The notes beneath the pieces were generated by a model, which had not been told where the DNA came from, did no database searches, and saw only the letters and a program-made list of their open reading frames with translations. Source: Bdellovibrionota bacterium (GTDB taxonomy: Bacteria; Bdellovibrionota_C; UBA2361; OMII01). Taken from it: a stretch of 10,607 bases of DNA. The DNA is taken from assembly GCA_044356215.1 (NCBI GenBank), contig JBIKWQ010000094.1, forward strand, positions 1-10,607, given 5' to 3'. Below, in pieces: positions 1 through 7,629 of the stretch (positions are counted from its first letter, which is position 1; each line of letters begins with the position of its first letter). Made by a program: the position numbers and the translations under genes.

Positions 1-179
1 GGCCGGCAAAACCTACCCGTAGCGAGAAAGTGGAGGTTGAGTTGATATTCGATTTTCGAGATGGGAAAAAACCGCAGGTGTATCCCCTGTGATACATTGA
101 GGATTTTTTCCCATCTCGAAAACTCGAAGAGCACCTCAAGATCCGCTTTCGCAGTAGGGAGGGGTTTTGCCGGCCTTCC
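1..179. mobile_element. Palindromic MITE-like element, copy 1 (IS5-type end; outer terminus probably cut off by about 4 nt at the window start)
   Basis: Inverted arms: ggccggcaaaacc (1-13) / ggttttgccggcc (163-175); a perfect 19-bp arm 53-71 / 104-122; tgtatc (79-84) / gataca (91-96). It ends in ccttcc (174-179) followed by CTAG (180-183). Bases 76-179 match the reverse complement of 10425-10528 at 103/104. No transposase ORF. Confidence 0.75.
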
Positions 180-204
180 CTAGTGGAGTAGCTGTATCGA
201 AGTA

Positions 205-2121
205 ATGATGTTGAGTCTCAGTGACATATTTTCACCTCGTCTTTCTAGGAGAGGATCGAGCAGTGTATCGGCCGCCTCCTTCGCAAAATTCCTTCTTATA
301 TCCGTCGCAATCTTATTAGGCACGCCTGTATGCTCTATCGCGTCTCCTCAACTAAGGGAGATTGGACCAGGTGCTATAATAAGCGTGCGCGGACCAACCA
401 ATTACGTCTCAGTTTTGTCCTCGGATGTATCAGTACTTGTGACTGTTCCTAACCTGAAAGTAGATCGACTCTCTCGGCAGATATTCCATGTTACTTTTGA
501 ACGCCCAGATCAGGTTACAAGCCAATCGTCCTTGCGTCCTCCTCCTGCACCTTACTCCCGTAAAAATAATCCGTGTAAGCGCGCGAAAGCACGCCGCTTG
601 ATGGCTTCGATAAAGGTCCGCGCGCGCTGTGAACCTAATTGGGCCTACAGAGCTACTCTCACGCCGAATGACCCGGATTACTCTCAACAATACGCGAGCT
701 CTTTCCTGTCATTACCAGCGGCGTGGGATAAAACCACTGGCAACTCAAATCTTGTAGCGGTAGTGATTGATACCGGCATTCAACTCAATCACCCAGATCT
801 CTCCGCCAATATATGGTCGAACCCGGGAGAGATTGCGGGAAACGGTATCGATGATGACGCAAATGGTTATGTCGATGATGTAAGTGGTATAAACGCGATA
901 ACTGGGCTAGGAGATCTCAACGATGACAACGGTCACGGAACACACTGCGCTGGAATTCTTGGGGCGAAAGGAAACAACTCAACCGGAATAGCTGGGGTAT
1001 CGTGGAACGCTAAGATCGCGGCCGCTAAGTTCCTCGACGCTTCGGGAAGTGGCTATACATCAGATGCTATAGAGTCCATTTATTATACGATGGCTTTGAA
1101 GCAAGCTGGGAATAATGTTGTTGTAACTAACAACTCTTGGGGCGGAGGGGGTTATAGCGCGGCGTTATACACAGCGATACAGCAGGCAACCGCGGCGGGA
1201 ATTCTTTTTGTGGTCGCCGCGGGAAACGACACACTTAATACTGACGTCTATCCCTCATATCCGGCTAGCTATAATTTAGACGGAATCATCTCTGTCGCTT
1301 CTTCCAACTCATCTGGCAACCTCTCTTACTTCTCGAATTTTGGTGCTACATCTGTCGATATCGCCGCTCCTGGAAGTTTAATTAGATCCTGCGTACCGAC
1401 AGATTCATACGCTTCATACAGCGGAACCTCTATGGCCGCTCCCCAGGTGACCGGTATCGCGCTCTTGGCTCAGTCGATCTGTAGCGGGACTCTAACAGTC
1501 GCACAATTAAAGGCGGCTATACTGACATCAGGAGTAGCCTATTCCTCGCTAAATGGGCAGATCGCTACTGGCGCGATAGCGAACGCCGATGGGGCCATTT
1601 CAGCAGCTGATACCACATGCAACGGAGCGCCTACAGCTACCCCAACAAACACCCCTGAAAATACCCCAACAGATACACCGGTACCTCCAGAATCAACCAA
1701 CACCCCAGAGCCAGCACAACCAACTCCAGAGCCCGCGCCTGGAACAGATCCAGATGCTAAACTGGCTGTAACTATCAATCCCGCCGGCAATCTCGCTCCA
1801 AAAAGCTCAATCTCTATTACGATCGATAACGGCGGAGCAAATAGGCAGGCGTCCCTTCAACTCCTAGCTCGAGACTCAAGCAAACGGAGCTACTCTTGCC
1901 CAGCAGTCACAGTTACCCTGAATGGCGGAGCGGCTTCGCTTACGTTTGTGGCTCCGAGCGCTATCCGCCAATTTAGCTCGATTACCGCCCTGGCATCATC
2001 AAGTAGAAAGAGCGCCAGAGATAGCGCCTCAATATCAAATCCATTAAGGAATAGAAGCTTAGCTGCTGGCCAGAAGGCCGTTAAGACGCTTTGCAGTCTT
2101 GTTCGCCGAGCAGCGAAATAG
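205..2121 (+). CDS. Secreted subtilisin-like serine protease (peptidase S8) with propeptide, Pro/Thr-rich linker and an unassigned C-terminal domain
   Basis: Catalytic motifs: VIDTG (D189), HGTHCAG (H244), AAGN oxyanion (N341), SGTSMAAP (S409). It has the NGIDDDANGYVDD insert common in bacterial S8 proteases and a hydrophobic N-terminal segment (FLLISVAILLG). The exact start is uncertain (ATG 205 or 208). Confidence 0.95.
   Translation: MMLSLSDIFSPRLSRRGSSSVSAASFAKFLLISVAILLGTPVCSIASPQLREIGPGAIISVRGPTNYVSVLSSDVSVLVTVPNLKVDRLSRQIFHVTFERPDQVTSQSSLRPPPAPYSRKNNPCKRAKARRLMASIKVRARCEPNWAYRATLTPNDPDYSQQYASSFLSLPAAWDKTTGNSNLVAVVIDTGIQLNHPDLSANIWSNPGEIAGNGIDDDANGYVDDVSGINAITGLGDLNDDNGHGTHCAGILGAKGNNSTGIAGVSWNAKIAAAKFLDASGSGYTSDAIESIYYTMALKQAGNNVVVTNNSWGGGGYSAALYTAIQQATAAGILFVVAAGNDTLNTDVYPSYPASYNLDGIISVASSNSSGNLSYFSNFGATSVDIAAPGSLIRSCVPTDSYASYSGTSMAAPQVTGIALLAQSICSGTLTVAQLKAAILTSGVAYSSLNGQIATGAIANADGAISAADTTCNGAPTATPTNTPENTPTDTPVPPESTNTPEPAQPTPEPAPGTDPDAKLAVTINPAGNLAPKSSISITIDNGGANRQASLQLLARDSSKRSYSCPAVTVTLNGGAASLTFVAPSAIRQFSSITALASSSRKSARDSASISNPLRNRSLAAGQKAVKTLCSLVRRAAK
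1627..1752 (+). repeat. Low-complexity Pro/Thr(Glu) linker-coding region within the S8 gene
   Basis: Translates to APTATPTNTPENTPTDTPVPPESTNTPEPAQPTPEPAPGTDP, with imperfect xTP units. Confidence 0.8.
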
Positions 2122-2147
2122 CTAGTGTCGATTAGTGACGAATGTAC

Positions 2148-2177
2148 TTGCCTTTACGAGTTCTCAAGCTATAAAAT
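2148..2177 (+). promoter_or_regulatory. Candidate sigma70 promoter for sodA
   Basis: TTGCCT (2148-2153), an 18-nt spacer and TAAAAT (2172-2177) in the 83-nt intergenic region. Motif match only. Confidence 0.4.
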
Positions 2178-2193
2178 CAAGGCCTACTCTTTT

Positions 2194-2199
2194 AGGAGG
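2194..2199 (+). promoter_or_regulatory. Shine-Dalgarno site of sodA
   Basis: AGGAGG lies 5 nt upstream of ATG 2205. Confidence 0.85.
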
Positions 2200-2204
2200 C
2201 AGAT

Positions 2205-2825
2205 ATGACATTCGAACTTAAACCACTATCCTATCCAACTGACGCGCTTGAGCCTCACATCGACGCCCGCACCATGGAGATCCACCACGGCAAACATCAC
2301 GCCACATATGTAACCAATCTCAACAACGCCCTCAAGGATCAGCCAGCTTTAGCTAGCAAGAGCCTTGAAGAGATCCTCTCTCATCTAGACACAGTGCCAG
2401 AGGCGATACGCACCGCAGTTCGCAATAATGGCGGCGGCCACTGGAATCATGACCTCTTCTGGAGACTAATCACACCTGAGGGCAGCGACACCCCGACAGG
2501 AGATCTGGCTAAGGCACTCGATGCCGCATTTGGTAATCTGGACGAGTTCAAAGCCAAGTTCAAAGCCGCGGCTCTAGGGCGTTTCGGGTCAGGATGGGCC
2601 TGGCTAGTGGCAAACCAAGACGGTTCTCTCGCGATAACATCAACGCCTAACCAGGATAACCCTTTAATGGAGGGTAAATACGCGATACTTGGGCTAGATG
2701 TCTGGGAGCATGCTTACTATCTGAATTATCAGAACAGACGAGCTGACTACGTTGACGCGTTCTGGAGTGTCCTTAACTGGGATATCGTGGCGTCGATTTA
2801 TGCGGCCCGCCCTGGGCGGAAGTAG
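2205..2825 (+). CDS. sodA: Fe/Mn-family superoxide dismutase, probably Mn-type
   Basis: Motifs [31 protein letters not shown] and DVWEHAYY. The GGGH plus NQD combination is typical of Mn-SODs. 206 aa with a strong RBS. Confidence 0.95.
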   Translation: MTFELKPLSYPTDALEPHIDARTMEIHHGKHHATYVTNLNNALKDQPALASKSLEEILSHLDTVPEAIRTAVRNNGGGHWNHDLFWRLITPEGSDTPTGDLAKALDAAFGNLDEFKAKFKAAALGRFGSGWAWLVANQDGSLAITSTPNQDNPLMEGKYAILGLDVWEHAYYLNYQNRRADYVDAFWSVLNWDIVASIYAARPGRK

Positions 2826-2827
2826 GC

Positions 2828-4183
2828 TTACCGGCCTACCGCGGCACTCACAAGATACAATCCCAACCCGACCAATCCACCGACTAAGGTTCCATTTATT
2901 CGGATGTATTGGAGATCGGCTCCGACCTGCTCCTCTAGCTTTCCAACTAGGGTCTTAGTATCCCATCCGTCGATCGTCTTGGAGATAAGATCCGCGACAA
3001 ACGTACTGTCCTGCCCTACCAGAGTACTTAATATACTGCGGATGAAACGATTCAATTTGCGTTGCAACGCGCTCGACTCTGAAAGAGTATCAACCATGCC
3101 TTGCAGCACCCGACTCAAGGATGATAGGAGAAGCGAATCTCTACTCTTCACATCCGCGTCGATTCCAGACAACACTGCATCCCTTAAAGAACCTATATAC
3201 TCACGGAAAACATCGCTTGATAGCAGGACTACTTTGAGATCCTCAACCTTCTTTTGAAGATCCGCTGAGGTCTCTAATCTCACGATCAAGCTGTATAAAG
3301 CGCTCAGAAGCTTCTGTCTCAGCTCGTGATTTCTATTGCTGAGAGCCTCCGATAGTGTCTGCTCAGTTTTGTTAGCGATTGCGTCGAAAATCTTTCGGTC
3401 TACGAACTCAGGAACAAACCAAGGAGTCGCCTCTCTAAGTTGATAGCGGAACCAGAGCTGATTAGTTCTAAAAACACCCTGTAGCTGCTGAATTACCTCA
3501 TCCAGGAGAACCTCGTGCATCTGATTTGAGGTCAGCATCCGTAGGAATCGAGATCCACCTCTAGCCAGATCCGCCTGCTTTACGATCTCTTCTATCTGCT
3601 GATTTAGGAATCTCTTTATCTCTGTATCATTAGCTATCTCCAAGACCTGAGGAACTAGCGCCTTTGTACGCTCAACTATCCCACGCCGATTCTCAGGATT
3701 CTGCAAGAAACGGGCAAAGCTCCCAGATATATTGACCACCTGACTATCGAGAACCGCTTCGGTCAGAAAATTCCTCTGCACAAAGAGTCCAAGACTCCTA
3801 CCGATTCGTGACTTATTATTGGGGATAATCCCGGTGTGAGGGATCGGCAAACCAAGAGGTCTACGAAATAGGGCTGTTACGGCAAACCAGTCAGCCAAGG
3901 CTCCAACCATCGCCGCCTCAGAGAACGCGCGCACCATCTTGAGCCAAGTGCTCTCAGCGCCGATATAAGTGGTTACCCCGAAGATGAGAGCCATGACTAC
4001 CAGCAATCCGGTAGCGACCCACCAAATTTTGGTGCCCCGACCTGGCGCCGATTCAACTTCGGCTACATTTTTTGGTTCCGATCCTGAGGCGACATCAAGG
4101 CCGCCTGCGACAGCCTCTATTTCAGAGTCTCCCTGTGACCGGCCATTACAAACTTGCTCATCTTTCTTTGCAGCTTCTGCCAT
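2828..4183 (-). CDS. DUF445 family (YjiN-like) membrane-anchored protein
   Basis: N-terminal family motif EAAMVGALADWFAVTALFRRPLGLPIPHTGIIP, C-terminal motif DLQYIRINGTLVGGLVG, and a helical middle region. Confidence 0.9.
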   Translation of the reverse strand: MAEAAKKDEQVCNGRSQGDSEIEAVAGGLDVASGSEPKNVAEVESAPGRGTKIWWVATGLLVVMALIFGVTTYIGAESTWLKMVRAFSEAAMVGALADWFAVTALFRRPLGLPIPHTGIIPNNKSRIGRSLGLFVQRNFLTEAVLDSQVVNISGSFARFLQNPENRRGIVERTKALVPQVLEIANDTEIKRFLNQQIEEIVKQADLARGGSRFLRMLTSNQMHEVLLDEVIQQLQGVFRTNQLWFRYQLREATPWFVPEFVDRKIFDAIANKTEQTLSEALSNRNHELRQKLLSALYSLIVRLETSADLQKKVEDLKVVLLSSDVFREYIGSLRDAVLSGIDADVKSRDSLLLSSLSRVLQGMVDTLSESSALQRKLNRFIRSILSTLVGQDSTFVADLISKTIDGWDTKTLVGKLEEQVGADLQYIRINGTLVGGLVGLGLYLVSAAVGR

Positions 4184-4199
4184 CTCTTATCTTTCACTC

Positions 4200-6020
4200 T
4201 TACCGGGGGGTTATCCGCGGATAATACTCCGAAAAAGCCGGAATAAATAGAGCGAAGCGCTGATTCTCAAATACCCTAGCGAAGAGGTCTGGTCTGCTCG
4301 TAAACTTCTCAATGCGAGCGCGAGCACCTTCACTGTTAGCTGAATCCGTGTTCGGAGTGATAAAAAATGCCAATCCCTGCCTCATCATTCGATCGTATGC
4401 TTGCTGAGGATCGTCGATCTTGCAAAGTGCCGTAATACTGCTACCACTAAGGGCCTCCTCATTAGCTTCCACATACCTAGGGAGACCAATAGAGCTGGCG
4501 ACTGATACAGAGTCACCATCGTCGCATGCTTCCACCACTTTAGGAGTTCCCGAAACTGTATCTGATATCCAGTTCGCTAATTCATGAACATCTGAGGATG
4601 TGTCCTTACTCACGGCCGAAGCAAAGCGCGATCCTGTGACATCCCTAGATACATGCAGGAGATACACAGCAGGTATGATCGCTATCACGACTCCAAGGAC
4701 AGACGAGAGCGATCGCTTGACGATCAATGCCAGTAGCGAATAAAGCGCTCCTCCAATAATGGCTCCCGCTACGACATACGACGCTGTCAAAGCGGCGACC
4801 ATCGAAACACCGCTAGCTCTCAAACCCCAGGCCAACGCGACGCGATCAATAAACGCCCGAGGAAGACGCTGACCGGGCCGCGACAGATCCCAGGGAATGC
4901 TATCAGATGAACGCATCAGATAAGTAATATAGGTTTGCTCAACGTACTCTCCTGCTCCCAACAGGGCAGGATCAGACGATCGCATCACTAATACAACTGA
5001 GGCGCCAATCAGAATCGACAGCACCGCACCCAATCCATGACTAGAGATCGAACCAAAAACGCGCTTCCTAGTAGCGGCGCTTAAAGAGATCCGGATAAGA
5101 GCGCACACGATCAGCAGTAGCGCGACAAAGAGTCCGCCATTCCTCGTAAATGGCACTAAATTTAACAAACTAAATAACCAGCTAAGTGCGGTCGCGCCGG
5201 ATAATCCGATTAGCAAACTGAGACCCAACCCACCATCGGGAAGCCCGCGAAATAGAGATCCAAGACAAACCCAAAAACTAAGCGCCACCACCATGACAAA
5301 GAGAACCGCCTTAATATAGTGACTCCATGATGGGGTCCACATCCGGTTCTTAGCGACCCAACCACCGTGATCCATCAACAGCATCTCATTCATGGTTGGC
5401 AGAGGTTCATAGTGCGATACGTTTTTCACCCGGTCCAAAATCTCCTCAGCCGAGAGCCTCCCCTCGTTTTGAAAAACTACTACCTTCGGATGATCGTAAA
5501 CCGAGAAGCTTTCATCAGCTAAATCGTCATTGAATGTAAGCCCCAAAAATGAAGGACGATTCTTGGTCGTATGGACTAATTTGAAACCGATCTTCTCGCC
5601 CCATAAAAGGCGCAAAAGAGCGGTCATATTCGGATACTCATCTGGGATCCTGGGTATTGAATCCGCGGCGCGGGGAGTGGCAAAAGTTAAGTAATCTGAG
5701 GCCGCGACGCGCTTGACTATCGAGTCGATCATCTGACCTGAATCGCGCTCATAGACCGGCAATTCATATTCACGCCCGTGCATCTTATAGATAGCCGAAT
5801 CTTTTCCTGGAATCCCAACTGGCACCTTGTCATCCCAGTGCGGGCTTGAGATCCGACTACCCGGCGGGACATTCGCAAAGATCCACTCGGAGGCCACCTT
5901 GTAGGGGTGCTCCATTCGCCACAGTTTTATGAAGGCCAACGCATAAACCAGGCAGTAGCCGACCACACCCAATAGAACCAAGAGACCTAGCTTGCGCTTT
6001 AAAATTGGAACCAGTTTCAT
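4200..6020 (-). CDS. Membrane protein: C-terminal extracytoplasmic half of a GT-C (ArnT/PMT-like) protein fused to a shortened, degenerate DUF2298-like region
   Basis: The ORF is open from TTG 6095, but ATG 6020 (MKLVPILKRK followed by a TM helix) is the more plausible start, giving 606 aa. Motifs ASEWIFANVPPG, HWDDKVP, SIPRIPDEYP and DLADESFSVYDHPKV resemble the C-terminal domain of the ArnT-like/DUF2298 fusion proteins I recall from Chloroflexi. LPDGG and WISDTVSGTPKVVEA...GLP resemble DUF2298. Confidence 0.75.
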   Translation of the reverse strand: MKLVPILKRKLGLLVLLGVVGYCLVYALAFIKLWRMEHPYKVASEWIFANVPPGSRISSPHWDDKVPVGIPGKDSAIYKMHGREYELPVYERDSGQMIDSIVKRVAASDYLTFATPRAADSIPRIPDEYPNMTALLRLLWGEKIGFKLVHTTKNRPSFLGLTFNDDLADESFSVYDHPKVVVFQNEGRLSAEEILDRVKNVSHYEPLPTMNEMLLMDHGGWVAKNRMWTPSWSHYIKAVLFVMVVALSFWVCLGSLFRGLPDGGLGLSLLIGLSGATALSWLFSLLNLVPFTRNGGLFVALLLIVCALIRISLSAATRKRVFGSISSHGLGAVLSILIGASVVLVMRSSDPALLGAGEYVEQTYITYLMRSSDSIPWDLSRPGQRLPRAFIDRVALAWGLRASGVSMVAALTASYVVAGAIIGGALYSLLALIVKRSLSSVLGVVIAIIPAVYLLHVSRDVTGSRFASAVSKDTSSDVHELANWISDTVSGTPKVVEACDDGDSVSVASSIGLPRYVEANEEALSGSSITALCKIDDPQQAYDRMMRQGLAFFITPNTDSANSEGARARIEKFTSRPDLFARVFENQRFALFIPAFSEYYPRITPR

Positions 6021-6156
6021 GTTCGTATAATTAAACTTTCCAAACGATTTGGCGAGCCTCGATCTAAGCAAAACAACGTAACGAATCCCAGCCAAGAAGA
6101 TTGCCCCCTGAAAAACTATGTTGTCGTCCAGATAGCAAACCGGCTACTTTGATGAC

Positions 6157-7506
6157 ATGGCAACATCGTTAAATACTGAAGCTAAAACACAAACCAGTTG
6201 GCTTATATCAAAGCGCTGGGATCTCACGATCTTGATGGTAATAGTTGTATTGGGCCTAGCTCTCCGACTGACCGGCCTTTATCACGCGCTCGGCACTCAC
6301 CCTGACGAGCGACACATGGTGCAGGTTACAACACAGCTTGAGGCCAACCGGATGAACCCCAAGTCTTTTGCTTACGGCAGCTTCTCATTCTATGCCGCCT
6401 GGGGCTTCGCTCAGATCTTAAAGCCGTTTTGGAAAGAGGCGGCCACCTACGATGGTTTATTCGTGGCTGGCCGTACTTTTTGTATCCTGATGGGAACTCT
6501 GGCCATAGCGCTCTCGTACTACTTATCGGTGCTGGTATATAGAAAGTCCACTGTCGGATTGATCGCCGCGTTACTACTGGCGCTTAACGTGTTTCACCTT
6601 CAGCTATCACGATTCTTCACCAGCGATATAACACTCACAACGATAAGCTTAATTTCTATGATAGCCCTCGTGCGCGCTCACCAAAACGGGGGCCTGCGCG
6701 CTCACTTAATCTTTGGGGCCTGCGCTGGTTTAGCGACAGCCACGAAGATTAGCTCCGTGTTTCTATTCGTTCCCCTAGGTTTCGTGGTCTCTCTATCGAT
6801 GCTCAGGGATTGGTTACCTCACAACAACTGGAACAGGCCGCTAAGGGCGATCGGCATCGTCGCGGCGAATATGATCTTGCTAGTCGTCGCTCACCAACTC
6901 CTATACTGGAAAGGGTGGCCACGGGTACTAGGATACAGAGTTGTAGAGGAGGCCGGGATAATTCCCCTAGCCGCCCCTTTTCTAGCATCGACAGCTTTCT
7001 TTTTAAGGGGAGTATCGAGGCCGCTTTCGCATCTATTCGCCGCTCTGAGTCTTGGTGTGCTGATATTTGTGCTAGCAGAACCGTACGCCATCTTGGATTT
7101 CCAAACCTTTCAGCACCACACAAGAGAGCAAACAAATATGGTGCGCGGTTATTGGCGCCCTCCTTATACGATTCAATACGCTCACACCTTGCCTTATATC
7201 TATCACCTTCAGCAGATGCTGTGGTACACGATGGGCTGGCCGCTCTTTATAATTAGCATGGTCGGGATTCTAGCTGCCTGTGGTCGAGTCACCTTTGAGT
7301 CTCTCGATAAAGTTTTCAAACGTGAGTTCCTCTCAAAGCCGATCTCAGCCGAGGTTATCCCCCTTATTTTTATACTCGTATTTTTTATCGCGACTGGTTA
7401 CTTTCAGGTCAAGTTTCCGCGCTACCTCATGCCGCTCTATCCTCTGGCATTTATCTTCGCCGCTGCCATGTTTGGGAATGTGTTTAGGGGTATGGGCAGA
7501 AGGTAA
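6157..7506 (+). CDS. GT-C fold membrane glycosyltransferase (ArnT/PMT_2-like), N-terminal membrane half
   Basis: Multi-TM protein. HPDE (D50-E51) lies in the loop after TM1, the position of the GT-C acidic motif. Further motifs: NPKSFAYGS, GR, QLSRFFTSD, ATKISS, PYAILD, PPYTIQY, KFPRYLMPLYP. Confidence 0.85.
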   Translation: MATSLNTEAKTQTSWLISKRWDLTILMVIVVLGLALRLTGLYHALGTHPDERHMVQVTTQLEANRMNPKSFAYGSFSFYAAWGFAQILKPFWKEAATYDGLFVAGRTFCILMGTLAIALSYYLSVLVYRKSTVGLIAALLLALNVFHLQLSRFFTSDITLTTISLISMIALVRAHQNGGLRAHLIFGACAGLATATKISSVFLFVPLGFVVSLSMLRDWLPHNNWNRPLRAIGIVAANMILLVVAHQLLYWKGWPRVLGYRVVEEAGIIPLAAPFLASTAFFLRGVSRPLSHLFAALSLGVLIFVLAEPYAILDFQTFQHHTREQTNMVRGYWRPPYTIQYAHTLPYIYHLQQMLWYTMGWPLFIISMVGILAACGRVTFESLDKVFKREFLSKPISAEVIPLIFILVFFIATGYFQVKFPRYLMPLYPLAFIFAAAMFGNVFRGMGRR

Positions 7507-7572
7507 AAGAGGGGCAGTCTCTGAGAGGGATTTACAACATACTGTCGGAGGATCTTTTCTCCCCTTTTTTTT
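7505..7572 (+). terminator. Possible weak intrinsic terminator downstream of the GT gene
   Basis: T8 tract at 7565-7572 preceded by a short ggag/ctcc stem (7547-7562). Alternatively aaaagagggg (7505-7514) can pair with cccctttttt (7561-7570). The stem is weak. Confidence 0.3.
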
Positions 7573-7629
7573 GCCGCGTATTTGTAGTATCCAGTGCCAA
7601 ATCATCATGTACCCAACAAAGGTTGATTA

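Noticed and set aside
241..261. SRRGSS in the S8 N-terminus as a Tat signal
   Set aside because: It lacks the F-L-K part of the S-R-R-x-F-L-K consensus. Sec export or a membrane anchor is at least as likely.
430..1790. Short ORFs 430-690 (-), 1539-1790 (-) and 1589-1771 (+)
   Set aside because: All lie inside the S8 gene. The latter two are shadows of the low-complexity Pro/Thr linker. No recognisable motifs.
2752..4250. ORFs 2752-2958, 2904-3257 and 3969-4250 (+)
   Set aside because: They overlap or are antisense to well-supported genes and have no recognisable protein features.
6021..6095. TTG start at 6095 for the minus-strand membrane protein
   Set aside because: The extra 25 codons cover AT-rich, promoter-like sequence. 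ATG 6020 gives a typical basic N-terminus plus TM helix. Not proven.
7507..7629. Riboswitch (e.g. guanidine class) upstream of aguB-speA
   Set aside because: The T-tract and some pairing are present, but I see no conserved guanidine-I/II/III motifs. An Rfam scan would settle it.
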